Made by a program: the position numbers and the translations under genes
The notes under the pieces: model-generated
What the model was told of the DNA's origin: nothing
Seen by the model: the letters and a program-made list of their open reading frames with translations, nothing else
Database searches by the model: none
In this document: positions 1 through 12,316 of the stretch, piece after piece
Position numbering within the stretch: position 1 is the stretch's first letter
Layout: each line of letters opens with the position of its first letter
Origin: Cenococcum geophilum
Taxonomy: Eukaryota
Direction of reading: 5' to 3'
Assembly: GCA_050273025.1 (NCBI GenBank)
Contig: CP158635.1
Location: forward strand, 14,570,001-14,634,000
Length of the DNA: 64,000 nt

Positions 1-1133
1 TGATCTTGAGGGCAGAGGGTTATCTTCCAAAGACTGAGCGCCCGAAGCGTCGGCTTAAACTTGTGGATAGCAGCAAGCAGAGTGCGCGGCGACACGAGAA
101 TCATGCCGAAATCTAGCCGTCGGAGCTGGGATAACGCAACCAGGTCTGGAGACTTGGGTATCGGAGGGCCCGAAGACGAGTTAATAGAATCGACTTGCGT
201 CACGGGACGACTCAGCCAGAGCAAGAAATCCTCGGCGCGAGGCGGCTGCGCATTCTGGACGTTGAGGCGGAGGTGGGTGAGATTCGGAGTGCGGCAGAGA
301 AACTGCCTTAGGAGATAATCAGGACGCGTGACGTCTGGGCTATCGTCGTCACCTGTAGCGAGCAACATGGGCTCACTTGAAAGATCAAGAACCAAAAGAA
401 GTGACTTGAGGTTAGATAGGACAGGCGTAACCGAAGGCTCAAGGAACTTGGGTATATTGAAGGCATTATCATTGAGCCCTAAGCGTCGCTGTCGCAAAAG
501 GACCTCGAAGGTGTGCGGCTTGGCTCCCGATTGGCCAAGTGCGTAAAGAATGGTAGAAAATGCCCGAGCGGCAAAGCGTGTTTGTTCGTCTGATGCAGGC
601 AGACGATGATCATTGATCAAACGGAGTCCTGTTTCTTGAAAGATAGTGGTAGCACCGTAGCTGGTCCATTCACAGCCATCACGGACGCGGCCTCTAGAGT
701 TGAAGTTCCTCAAGCCTATTGTTTGGAGATTGGGTAGATTTCGGAAAGCTTGGGCAAGCATTTCCCGATCTTGACCCGTGCTAAGGAAGGTGAATTGATC
801 AGCGCGCCCGGTGCAGAACCGAGGTGTGCGTAGAGTTCGACCAAAATTAGATGCCTTGCAACAGTTTTCGTAGTTATCCAAGCCGATGATGACGTGACTG
901 AGGCATTGTGACAGTCTTGGGTGGTTAGATATGTCGACCAAAGCCTGGAGACTCTCCTCGGAGAGCATAAACTGCTTCTTGGTGAAGAACTCTCTGAAAA
1001 AGGTCTTAGACAGCGACGTCTCGATGTGCATGCAGGTCCGACGCAGCGAACAAAGATCGCGGGTGGGAAGATAAGCTGTAATGAGAAGGAGAATCTCAAG
1101 GGGAACTTTCGTGAGAGGAGATTGAGAATCCAT
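1..1133 (-). CDS. F-box domain protein, 5' part (runs off the window)
   Basis: Manual translation from ATG at 1133: MDSQSPLTKVPLEILLLITAYLPTRDLCSLRRTCMHIETSL...FFTKKQFMLSEESLQALVDIS, an N-terminal F-box pattern (LP.EIL..I..YL...DL..LR.TC). Missing from the ORF track, presumably because its stop lies outside the window. Confidence 0.8.
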   Translation of the reverse strand, partial: MDSQSPLTKVPLEILLLITAYLPTRDLCSLRRTCMHIETSLSKTFFREFFTKKQFMLSEESLQALVDISNHPRLSQCLSHVIIGLDNYENCCKASNFGRTLRTPRFCTGRADQFTFLSTGQDREMLAQAFRNLPNLQTIGLRNFNSRGRVRDGCEWTSYGATTIFQETGLRLINDHRLPASDEQTRFAARAFSTILYALGQSGAKPHTFEVLLRQRRLGLNDNAFNIPKFLEPSVTPVLSNLKSLLLVLDLSSEPMLLATGDDDSPDVTRPDYLLRQFLCRTPNLTHLRLNVQNAQPPRAEDFLLWLSRPVTQVDSINSSSGPPIPKSPDLVALSQLRRLDFGMILVSPRTLLAAIHKFKPTLRALSLWKITLCPQD

Positions 1134-2103
1134 GATTACTGTAATTGGCAGTAGAATTGAATAAGAGGTGGTTTCAATGAGATCATTATATAAGTAATGG
1201 TGCTTCAAAACAACACCAGGCAGAAGTGTCAGCCTAATGGTTACCGAGGGCGATGCTGATTAACCGGGTTAGACGGTTATGACTTAACGTGTCGGGCCAC
1301 CTTGTGCACGGACCAACATTGTGCAAACCACCTGAAATACCATAAAATATTAATATAGAGCCTCTTTTATATAATGATAAGGCTTTATACTACCCTAGTA
1401 ATATTATGATGCTATGCGATGCTTTGTACTAGTATGCCGACTGTCATAACCCTATCGCTCACGTTATGGGCGCGCGACCGTCGCGCACTGATGCAGATGT
1501 AAACAAGTCAACCCCACGTGATGTTCTAACCTGAACAGGAAGGAGCGAAGCCTGCTTAGGAAGGGTGTGTATGCGTAGCAATTCGGGGGTGTACGATGAG
1601 CAGCGCCCTATATAAGTTCTAAATACAGCGATACCCCTGATATTACGACACGCTTGGGCTGAACAAACGGTATTGTACTAAAGAGGTTTTACTGTAATAG
1701 CTATCTCGGCCCTGCTGCGCATGTTTTGTATACCGCCGAAACACATTCAAATGACGTATATTTATCATGGTTGAAAAGGTGGTGAACGATATCGGAATCC
1801 CTTAATCAGCGCAAAGGTCAAGATATTGAGGGTATCGAGTAAGGGGCTTGAAGTTGAAATATCAACAGGAGGTTCGAAAATGAGTTCCGATTCCAATGGT
1901 CTGAATAATTCGACGTTGCTTAAAGGTTGTCAATAATACGAAGCTTACTACATTCTCAAAGCCTCTCTCAACCACCCGAGAATCCCCACGCCAACCGCGC
2001 GCGTGTAGATCACCCGCAGCTACCCTGCCCAGCGGTACCGCCCGTTAGCCAATCTATGGAAGTGTACCTTCACTTCTTGATTCCATGTCTCGACAAGGAA
2101 ATA

Positions 2104-4328
2104 ATGCTCCGCACTCTGGTGAGTCGACGAGCTTGGGCATGTTCTCCACTCAAGAGCTATCGACGGGACCTTCTTACCCAGGCATTTAGTGTGGGCCCTT
2201 CGGAAGTAAGTGTCGGAGATCCGATTGGAGAAAAGCGGAATAGCTGACGGCCCACAAAGCCTCCGTTACTTGAACAGACTGTTGGCGAACATTTTGCTTC
2301 TGTGGTCTCAAAATATGGAGATAGGCCTGCGTAAGATACCGGACGAAGTTGTATCCGGGGTAGTTCGCTGATATTTCCTTAGGGTGATATCGAGACACCA
2401 GCAGACGCGACTGACATACGATGCGCTCGACCAAAACAGCAATTCTTTGGCGAGAGGGCTAAAGAATCTCGGAGTACAAAAAGGTAACCGAGTTGCTGTA
2501 TCCTTGGGAAACAACATTGAATTCGCAACCGTATGGTCTTCCGGTCAATGTATGGATGGACAGGACTAATTAGGCCGACAAGATTACATATGCTCTCTTC
2601 AAGCTCGGAGCTATCTTGGTAAGCTCTCTAAACACTTTCTAGGCTATTCAATTTCTAATTTCGCAAAAGGTTCCTCTGAATCCAGCCTTCAATTCCCCGC
2701 AAGTCATCGCCGCCCTGAACCACCTCGATGTCTCCCAGCTTGTTATCGGCACGGAAACAAATCTCCCACGGAAAGACCCTCGTTCCAATATTCCGCTTCT
2801 TACGCAATTGATACCAGACTTACGAGGTCATAATCTAAAATCGGAGCTAGTCCCGTCTCTCCAGAGCGTGGTAATAGTTAATAATTCGAATGTGAGAATA
2901 GACACAAAGGAGTACAAATGTACTACACTTTATGAGAACGTCTTAGAAGATGGAGGCCCCGGGAGATCTCTGCAAGACCAAGGCCTAGATCGGAACGATA
3001 TCGTTAATATTCAGTTCACCTCTGGAACGACTTCAATGCCGAAAGCAGCATGCTTGACACATAGGTCCATCTTAAATAATGGAAATAGCATAGGCGACAG
3101 GATGCTCCTCACCCCTGATGACGTCGTATGCTGCCCACCACCGCTGTTCCAGTAAGCCTCTGACTCTTCCTGCTCGTCCGAGCTACAGCTTAATCTTCCC
3201 TCAGCTGCTTCGGCTGCATCCTAGGATACATGGCAACGGCGACCCACGGTAGCTGCATCGTCTTCCCTACTGAAGCTTTCGATGCGGTTGCTGCCCTCCA
3301 GTCTGTCCGCGAATACTGCTGCACGGCTCTCTACGGCGTGCCAACCATGTTCGTCGCAGAGCTCGAGCTTCTCTCCTCTGGCGCAGTTCCGTATGACGGT
3401 TTCCAATGCCTACGTACGGGTATCGCTGCTGGATCTTCAATACCTGCTGAGCTGATGCGAAAGTTACACAAAACGCTCAATTTGGCGGAATTAACGATTT
3501 GCTATGGAATGACGGAGACAAGTCCCGTGAGCGTGATGACAACGACAGATGACCCAATCGACAAGAGAATTGACAGTGTGGGTCGGCTTCTGCCTCATAT
3601 TATGGCTAAGGTAGTAGATCCGTCTGACTGGACAAGAGTCTTAGGCGTTGGTGAGAGAGGTGAATTGGCGGTTAGTGGGTACAGTGTTATGAAGGGATAC
3701 TGGGGTGACGAGAAGAAGACGAAAGAAGTGCTAGTGTCAGACTCAGAAGGGAGGGTATGGATGCATGTAAGTACTAATGATTTGACCTTTCTTTATCGTC
3801 AGCAGTGTTCATGGAGGGTCACCTCTTGGGTTTTCGATAACCACAGTTGCTGAGTAGGGTGACTTAGACCGGTGATGAAGCATCCATGGATGCGGAAGGC
3901 TATGTCAAAATCACTGGTCGTATCAAAGACCTTATCATCAAAGGTGGGGAGAACATTCACCCGCTTGAAGTCGAGAATTGTCTCTTCGCCCATCCCGCTG
4001 TTTCCGATGTTTCGGTCGTCGGGCTGCCAGACGAGCGGTACGGCGAAGTCGTGGCTGCATTTGTTATTACGCATGAAGGAAAGAAGGTCGGCACAGATGA
4101 AATCAGGGTATGGGTCAGAGACAAGTTAAGTCATCATTTGGGTAAGTGAAAGCCGATCTATTACGAACTAGTGGGACCTGCTTTGCTAATGTATCACGAC
4201 CTGCTATAGTGCCGAAGTATGTCTTCTGGGTGGACAACTATCCCAAGACTGCAAGCGGAAAGATCCAGAAATTTAAACTAAGGGAAATGGGCGTAGAAAT
4301 GCTGAATAACAGGAAGGGTTTGCAATAA
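2104..4328 (+). CDS. AMP-binding acyl-CoA synthetase (ACSF2-like), multi-exon, with a probable mitochondrial presequence
   Basis: Motifs [42 protein letters not shown] and [10 protein letters not shown] are spread over ORFs joined by GT..AG introns. The N-terminus [11 protein letters not shown] is Arg-rich. Confidence 0.92.
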
Positions 4329-6041
4329 GGTCAATTTTTAAGAACGGTTTGGATACAGTGGTTGGGAAACGGTACGATTTGGTGGCTGTAAATAGCAGAG
4401 GCAATAGATGTAGACTACCACCACATTAATTGCTTAAGAATGTCGTTCCAACAGCCCGTAGTGATTTCCAAAGTGTCTAAAAATCCACTAAAAAGAAACA
4501 CTCCTGTTACACTAGAACCGCATTAACATCTCTCAGGAAGGAGCTATACATAATATAATAGTCTTACAATAAAAAATATCTTATAGCACTATTTCATGAA
4601 CGTAACAGGAAGAGTTGTCCACTTCGCCAGGAGCATATCAACAACGTCCGTATCATCTCCTACCTTCTCATCGCCCACACGGCTATTTAAATCCCTCTTC
4701 AGCATGCCTTCACTCGGTCTATTTCTCCTTGGCTTATAACAGGGTAGACGAAATAATGCTGAGGCCCGTCTTGCGGGCCTAGTGGTGGAGTGATGGATTC
4801 GCTTGGAAGAGGCTGAAATTCCTAGTTTTAACACCTCTTTAGGGGCCCACCCGCACAGTCGGTCGGCAGGTTGGTTATTTTATTTACCCCGACTCCTCCC
4901 TTTTCGGGATATGCAGGCTACCACTACTACGGCTTATCCTTGTCTATCTACTTTAAGTGTACAGCTACATGTACGAGCTTTAAACCTCGTTGTGGCCTGT
5001 GATATTCCTTCTGCCCTTTATAGCCATTTTTTCAGTGTAAATACCAAAGATGAATCATATCTCCCTGTTCCTCGATACGATGTGCAACTGTTAAAGTGTC
5101 CTCCTTGTATGTCTGACAGGAACATAGTGAATGCTGGGAGCGCTGAGAGTAGAAATGTCGAAAGAGAGTGCGTTTCTGTTATGGCTAGGTGTTGTACACT
5201 TATATATCGCTTGCTGAATTGGGTTAACGGTGACGGTTTGTTGTGGAAACGTTTGAGTAGGTCTTCTACTATAAGGATTAGTGTTGGCTAACGGGGTTGT
5301 CGGTAAGGATGGTGACCATAGAGTAAGCGGTGGTGATTGAGGGTCGAGCTACTGAGGGTGGGATCTTAAGGGGGTCTTCAAGACTGAGGCGTATGTCGGT
5401 TTTCGGTCTCTGCCGGAGTTGGTGGCAGCTTGAGGACGAGTTCGTTCGGCGTGCAGTTCGGCGTGGTCTCGGAAAAGCTGTCGCCGGAAGCTGAGCGTGG
5501 TCACTGATGGAGCCACCGGAAGCAGGTCGGCGGTTCCACGCCTTTGCCCATACAGAATACGCATTAGTAGCCACATTTAACTTAAGCGAACGCTTAAGCC
5601 AAAATATCGGTCTGAGTCAACTGAGATAAGTGAAAGTGCCTCAGACGTGATTCCGATGGTGCAGCACAAATGTAGTTAGTCAGCTTGCGGACCGATTAAA
5701 AATCCGCACCAACGGAATCGCGTCTGAGCCTGCTGAGGTAACCACCCACGGCGTGGCACGCCACCTCCAACTTCCGCTCATCACGAAAGACGAACAATGT
5801 AATCTTCTCTAACTCTCCGTCGGACCAGTTCCGCAGGTCGCAGGGGAAACTCGCTTCTTAGATTCAAGACTAACACTAGCTTTGATTTCTACCTCATTGC
5901 TACTCTTAGCTTGGGATCACTGACTCATTCAGCCGACGCATACTAAACACTCATTCTTCCGAGCCGAGATTCTGAGTTTCCTTCTGCTCCTCAGAGCCAC
6001 CCCTTTCTACTGTATAAAGGGACGGCTTTTTGAATAAAGCT

Positions 6042-7902
6042 ATGCCAAAGAAGCATCAGTCCATCTTTACGAAAGCTCCGAGCACCTACGTCCATCCATC
6101 CTTGGAAAGCTCCAGATCCTCTCCCTCGACGGCTCCTTCTACGCCTAGAACTGTCAACGACCGAATAAACCACCTACGCCGAGAGCAAGCGCCGAGGCCC
6201 AGTACAGAGAGATGGAATGAAATCACAGACGTGGTAACACAACGCACCGTTCCCCCAGCGCTGCGACATATTTTGAATATACCAGAGGTTGACCCTCCTC
6301 TGCCAAAGCGAGGTGCCCGCCGTACAGAATTATCTCGCACAAGACGTCCTCCGCCAGGACCTGCGGCACCAACTAGTTGGTCACATCGAAGTAGATATGT
6401 GCCACCGCAAATTCGAGGGTTGAATGAAAGGCCGGCTGTGGCAGGTCAGAGCGGCTATATACCAGTTAAGTTTAGCTTGCTTGCTACTCTGAATGATGGA
6501 TTCAAGGTATGTTCGCGCTTGCAGCTTCGGTTGTCTAGAGGCCATCTACTTGTCAAGCCTAGATGTAACCAAGGAAGACCCGAGCACATTCATTCTTGTA
6601 GAGAGTTTATGACCAATTTTCGAACAGATGCTACCACCTGAGCGAAGTTTAGTTCACCAAACTTTGAAAACACTGGCAACAAATTGGGAGTGGCTTGTAG
6701 AATATGAGCAGTACTGCCTGGCGACGTTACCCATTCCGCTGAAGGAAGCATTGCTTAGCTACATTTCTGTATATGGCCCTGATGACTGCCTGGACTTAAG
6801 ATCGTTCAAATTGCTTTTCTTGGACGAGAATGAACTCACCGGTGGTACTGGTGGTGACGAGTTAGAGCAGCTAGACCTGATCGGCTTATTGAATGAGAGA
6901 TTCACACTGGCAGATCTCACAAAGTACATGACACGTCCTCGGCCGACTAATCTTCCCGAGGCATTAGATAGCCTGGATATATCTAAGAATAAGGGAAAGA
7001 AAAAGGTGACAGCCGAAGTAGTCGAGTCATGGGAGGATGAAGTCGATATTTTTACGCCAACCATATCGAAATCATTGAGCTCCTCTCGCTTCCCTTACAT
7101 TACTCGCCTATCTCTCGCCAATCCAGGGACATGGGCATCCTGGGCGCAGCTGCTCTCTCTATCAACAAATTTAAAAACGCTAACACACCTTTCCTTGGCA
7201 TATTGGCCAAACCCATCTTTGACCCCGAATGCTACAACAGCCTCTATGGTCAGTAAGCATTCCAGGCCGGTGAGTCTGGGAGGGACTTCGTTTTACTCAG
7301 CCATGGACAACGATTGGCACGAAGCAGCCAACATCCTACGCAGGTTAAGCAGCAATACCTACTGCTTGAAATGGCTAGATCTTGAAGGTTGTGCCTGGCA
7401 CCAAGCACTTACTTGGGGTGTGCCGCCCATGTCGCAGTGGCTGAAGAACTCGACGCCAGACGAGAACCCGACCCCGTCAACCTCCTACCCTTTTCTAGGC
7501 CCAAATTTGGACAACCCTCAAGGCCAAGATTCCGATGACTGGGTTGAACACCACGTTGCTCCCGGTCCGGACTGGAATGGCAGTTGGCGACAGGTCGAGT
7601 ACATTAATGTCAGCCAGGGGTGGGTCCCGCACGACATCCCAGCCATCAGAAACATGCCGGCAGCCCTTATCGCCTTTGAACTACTGGGTTATCTCCGCAA
7701 TCTGCAAGAGTCTGGAGATTTGCCCCAGAACGAACTGAAGCCTCTAGGTGACCACTACCTTAGACGGTGGATAGAGCAGGAAAAGGAGGCAAGGAAGGTG
7801 GAGAGCATGGTTCGCGTGTTAAGGAACTCAGCGAAGGGAGTCTACTGTAAATTTGACCATGGGTGGAGTCCTCCAAGAGTCGTTAGTGCGCTTGAGGAAT
7901 GA
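6042..7902 (+). CDS. Conserved fungal hypothetical protein with leucine-rich-repeat-like segments (2 exons)
   Basis: Exon 1 MPKKHQSIF... is joined by intron 6507-6627 (gtatgt...cag) to a 424-aa ORF with LRR-like motifs ITRLSLA, LTHLSLAYW and LKWLDLEGC. Confidence 0.75.
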
Positions 7903-8344
7903 AGCCTCCTGTGGCATAGAACCTGCTTTTAAGGGAGAAGGAGGGTACTTTCTTGTGCTTTGTGTAGGCAATGAGTATGTTGAGTGCGACTATCACGCCA
8001 TTACTCAGGAATAAATACAGACTAGTTCAGCCCCAATTATGGATGAGTTTGATTGTTTGATTACTGACCTGGGGTAACGACAGTTTATTCCTGAGTCCTT
8101 CCATGACTTGGGATGCACACATTTTCTCAATAAACAACTATACACCCACTGGTAGTAGAATTGTGGTCAGAGTGCTAGTTGCCCCATGTTTTCCATACCA
8201 AGATCCAGCCCAATATCCGTTACAGGCCATAGCATCGCAGGCCTCCATGACTCCGCAAGCGAGTTCCAAATAGCCTCAACAATTCGTTCGGTCCAGCTGG
8301 TCGTGCGGTCGATGTGGGAGAGTATGCTGTTAGTCTCGGTCTTT

Positions 8345-8660
8345 TAATGCTCCATAAAACATTGCATCCGATACTTTTTTTCTGGAGATAGTTTCGCTCA
8401 CAAATTCTCCAGAGCGAGCTTGACCTGGTCGAAAGGCCTATTTTCTCTACCGAGTCCAAGAATGCGCTTGAACCACGGATCTTCAGCTTTCAAATCTTCT
8501 AGTTTACATCTGAATTGTGTCAGGAGATTGTATATTCGGAACTTCAACTGCACATCTCGCTCGTTCTTTGGGAGCAGATTTTACCATTTAATAGCGAAAT
8601 GGTCGTACCAGTCAATTGCAATATAGCAATAACACTTGCACTGAAGCTGATAGGATCCAT
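8345..8660 (-). pseudogene. Relic of the N-terminal helical domain of a fungal NLR/STAND (NACHT-type) protein
   Basis: Reads MDPISFSASVIAILQLTGTTISLLN / VKSAPKERARCAVEV / NLLTQFRCKLEDLKAEDPWFKRILGLGRENRPFDQVKLALENL*AKL, with two frameshifts and a stop. It resembles the MDPLS..ASIIAVLQL...VKDAP N-termini of fungal NACHT proteins. No NACHT domain follows. Confidence 0.7.
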
Positions 8661-8845
8661 GCATGCCGAGGGTGGTTGTGGATGCTTAATGAGTACTTAA
8701 AAGGGAGAATGTAAGCAGGATGCTATCGGCAGAAAGGCGATGCCTTTGTAAGATTGTGGTGGCTAATAACATTCTGTCACACGGGACGCAAGTGTATGAT
8801 GGTGTAGGTTCCATAAGGTGGGAGTCGTCACGAAGAACGAATCTA

Positions 8846-8946
8846 TCTCTTCTGCTGGTAGGGTCCTACGGTTATCGATAAGAGCCAGCCAATAGAATCA
8901 ATAGGACCAAGGCTCCGTGATCATACGCGTACTTTTGATTCTGGTG
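8846..8946 (-). repeat. Partial copy of the ~150-bp TCCCTTA MITE family
   Basis: Its reverse complement matches 15326-15410 (caccaaaatcaaaagtacg...ttatcgataacc..ggaccc). A further partial copy lies at ~9371-9428. Confidence 0.65.
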
Positions 8947-9676
8947 GAGGTCGCACTTCACACGCTAAAAACTCGCTAATTCACCTCGTGGTAAGCTCAT
9001 CCCCTTTTACTTGGCGCGACCGGCGGTATCGGACACGTGAGCCGAGCTTTTAAACCAAGTGAGCTTAACTAATCCCTCCTCTAAAAGCATATCAAATCAT
9101 TCGTTCGGCCCTGAGTTACAGCATTCCATCCGCGAGATCCTTCGTTCGGCTCCGAGTCGCAGCATTTTAAAGGTTTCCACACACGAGATACCTTTGTTCA
9201 GCGACTTCTCTTCTACTCCAGTTACGCGTGTAACTAGCTTCGTGGTAGAGTTATGCATATAGGCCGGCCGTCCGTCGCATATATTAATTTTCGTTGCTCT
9301 TAATATAAACCCCGAAGATTATATCCATTGGTACCTATCCGAGAATTAATTTATTTCGGAACTATTGGTATATCCCATGCGCTGTCAAGGCGTCCAATAG
9401 ATATGGCCCGTGCGCGAACACCAAAATATGAATCAGTCTCCACTATAGAATCTACATAGCTTCGCACCGCTCTGCGAAGGACCTTGTTAGCAGGAACACC
9501 TCAACTTAACCTAATCACGATTAAGTCAATAATATGGCATATTTAAGATGTATTATAATAATTTGGGATAGAATCCGAACTTTAAGTTTGCCAAGACTCC
9601 ATTTGATCTAGAGCCTCTGGTTGGCTCGTCTACTTGGACACCTATCTTGACCTTGGAAAACAATGTTCTAAATTTA

Positions 9677-9817
9677 TCCCTTAACCCGTTAGATTTTGTC
9701 CCCGTGTTATCGATAAGAGCTAGCCAATTAGAGCTATAGAATCCAACCACTGCGAAGCTTAGAGTACGACGTACCCGCACGGACCACCTACTCCGGGGAC
9801 GCTGACGGGTTAAGGGA
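9677..9817. mobile_element. MITE with TA target-site duplication
   Basis: TA-tcccttaacccgt ... acgggttaaggga-TA. It shares the internal motif gttatcgataagagc.agccaat with the 8846 and 15279 copies. Confidence 0.7.
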
Positions 9818-10210
9818 TAGGGCTACATCGTCGGCGAAGTCAATGCGCTATTAAACAGATTCCTGCCGAAAGCACTAGAAGCTTATAGTCGGTTCCTAAA
9901 CTTCCGAGGAACACTGTTAGGCGTAGAATTTCTTGCTAGACTTTAAATGATAGACATCTCTTCTTTAGTAGCTTTTCGTTCTTAGGACTAGTCTCATCTT
10001 AATGAGGAACCCAAATTTATTAAGTACAGTTATAAAAATCCATAATTACTTTGCAGTGTATGTTTAGATTAGGTGATACTACGTACTTACTCTCTCTACT
10101 ATATAAAATCTAACACTTCTCTAAAGATCTCCCGTTTCGTTCGAGGAAACTGATTCGAAGTCAAAGTCTCGGCTAGAGTCGTATATTCAAGTAAGATACA
10201 ATTTTAAGAG

Positions 10211-12316
10211 CTAAGGGCGGAATGGTGTCCCATTAGCCGAACTATACCTCCTATGGTTTTCGAGCCTTAAATCCTCTTCTCGCTTCAGCTGGTCGCTCCG
10301 ATACCAGAAGAGTAGAAACGTGTCATCGGTGTAGATCAGATCCTTGCTCATCTCATGCTTCCATTCCCCACGCCGTCGCGACTCAGTCCACCTGACAAGT
10401 TGAAGGCCATGTCTCCACCACAATATAATGCCCAAAAAGAAGAGAATTTGAGTGCCCATTACAGTAGCCACGACAACAGAGTATATATGGAGAGCGTTTT
10501 CTTTGTACTGGGAGTCTGTGTTCAGTGGTACGTATGCGTTGCCTCCGCGCATCCAATACGCACTCCAACAATAACAGTTGTTGAAAAGACCGCCAGTTGA
10601 CAAGAATATCATTAAAATACTTAATCCACTAACAAAACCGTCCTTAATAAGCACAATTTTCCATAAGGTATGCCCAGTATAGCGGCTCTTAAAATAAATA
10701 TAGAGCAGCGAGGTAAAAGTAACGCTGAGTATCCAGAGAACAAAGATCCCAATTACCCAAGAGTGACGGCAGCTAAATCCAACTGGCACAGCATACCAGA
10801 TAATGACAAAGGCACCAATCATGCTAACTGCGATTGGAAAAACTCCACTTAGCACCATTATGACATTCCTGCGATGCGAATGCGTGGTATGATTAATGTC
10901 AAGGTAGAGGACCTTCCATGGCCGATAGGTATAGATCGCTCCCAACCATTGGAGTGATCCAAAGTATCCATCCCAGGGCGTTTTATCAATGAGCGTGGTC
11001 TTTACCTCGGTTAGAGCTTCCAAGCGGAGCTGACCTTGCCACCCAATGTGTTGGGCGTTATCGTTGTTGGTACTGGACACAGAATTCGGGACAGAAGCGA
11101 TTTGGATGGCTGTGTCTTGAATATTTGTCCTACGTGGGCCCAGGCCGGGAGTATCGGATTCAACGATAGCGGCTGGTTCGCCTATATGCACAGGAACAAT
11201 TTCGTCTATTTCGCGCAGATTGTTCGATCGATCATTCGCCGTATGACCACCGACAGTAGTTGGCGGGATTTCGCCCTCAAGCATTGTGGTATGAATTGGA
11301 GCTATTTCCGTGATTGCGGTCTCAATTTGAGCTGGACGAGTGGTAGCCGTCACGAAGATTCTCATAATGGTGAGACAAGTGCGGCGGGAAGTAAATCCAC
11401 CGATAACGTTTGATAGGAGCGCAAGTGGAACAAGCCATGATAGATATAAGGCGCTCCCGATACGCCCTCCAGGAGGGGATGTGTTGCCCCCTCCAACTGA
11501 GGGAATAAAAGCCGCAATAAGTCCGAAGATGTAGACGAATATAGCTAGACAGGTTCGAAGGAACTCATTAGTGCGAGCATCGGCTAGGACACGGGCTGCA
11601 TGGCACCACTCTTTAAATTTCTGTTTATCTTCATCCTCTTCTCCAATGCGGCCTAGTTGATATAGAATCATATGATAGTAATCTTCAGAATTAATCTTCG
11701 CGCCGGATATCTCCTCAAAACCTGCAAGAACAGTCGCAATAATCCTAGCTCTTTCGTGTCTGGTCCTCACGGTCGCCAATGCTGAATCCGATATGGATTC
11801 CGCCGGCGATGTGCCATCAACCTCTGGACTCTTGGACAATCCGATTAGGTATAAACGGTGCCAAATATAGATCTTGTGGATAAGGGACCAAAAAGAGTCG
11901 ATTGGATCTCCAAGGGCGTGAACAACTGTCATGAATCTCTTTTTGTCGATAGGAGAGAGCTCTATATTGCTTAAGAGGAGAAGAACCGGAATAATCCAGG
12001 TGGTAATTCTGGGTCCAGTATCCCAGTATCGAGAAGGAGGTCCGCAAAACTCGTTGCATCCTTTTAGCGTAACTGTTAAATTGCTTGGGCCATTATACAA
12101 GCTACCGTTAGCTGCTTGGCGGAAGTAATCAGGAGTATTCTTGGTAGTAAAGTTGGGTAATTTTTGCATGTCCAGGATCTCTTGCTGACAAGTGTCGCGA
12201 TTGAAGTATTTGCTCTTCCTCGCGTCTGCGCAAGCTATCATAAACAAAACCAGCAGAATTCTTCTACTAAGACAGCTCCACCAACACCGATGGTAGTGGG
12301 GATTAAAGAAGCACAT
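10211..12316 (-). CDS. Uncharacterised 701-aa multi-pass membrane protein with signal-like N-terminus and Cys-containing extracellular domain
   Basis: Single long ORF with many hydrophobic segments (e.g. TWIIPVLLLLSNIEL, CLAIFVYIFGLIAAF, WVIGIFVLWILSVTF) and a low-complexity central loop. Confidence 0.8.
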   Translation of the reverse strand: MCFFNPHYHRCWWSCLSRRILLVLFMIACADARKSKYFNRDTCQQEILDMQKLPNFTTKNTPDYFRQAANGSLYNGPSNLTVTLKGCNEFCGPPSRYWDTGPRITTWIIPVLLLLSNIELSPIDKKRFMTVVHALGDPIDSFWSLIHKIYIWHRLYLIGLSKSPEVDGTSPAESISDSALATVRTRHERARIIATVLAGFEEISGAKINSEDYYHMILYQLGRIGEEDEDKQKFKEWCHAARVLADARTNEFLRTCLAIFVYIFGLIAAFIPSVGGGNTSPPGGRIGSALYLSWLVPLALLSNVIGGFTSRRTCLTIMRIFVTATTRPAQIETAITEIAPIHTTMLEGEIPPTTVGGHTANDRSNNLREIDEIVPVHIGEPAAIVESDTPGLGPRRTNIQDTAIQIASVPNSVSSTNNDNAQHIGWQGQLRLEALTEVKTTLIDKTPWDGYFGSLQWLGAIYTYRPWKVLYLDINHTTHSHRRNVIMVLSGVFPIAVSMIGAFVIIWYAVPVGFSCRHSWVIGIFVLWILSVTFTSLLYIYFKSRYTGHTLWKIVLIKDGFVSGLSILMIFLSTGGLFNNCYCWSAYWMRGGNAYVPLNTDSQYKENALHIYSVVVATVMGTQILFFLGIILWWRHGLQLVRWTESRRRGEWKHEMSKDLIYTDDTFLLFWYRSDQLKREEDLRLENHRRYSSANGTPFRP

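Noticed and set aside
61..1154. Plus-strand ORFs and the 716-1099 minus ORF in the track
   Set aside because: They are shadow frames of the F-box gene.
4589..5576. Possible small minus-strand gene between the synthetase and the 6042 gene
   Set aside because: Only short ORFs with no recognisable motif or convincing splice path; I cannot support a call.
9681..9813. piggyBac-type element with TTAA TSD
   Set aside because: The inverted repeat extends beyond TTAA to TA-TCCC, and the sister copy at 15279 has TTAG, so TA is the TSD.
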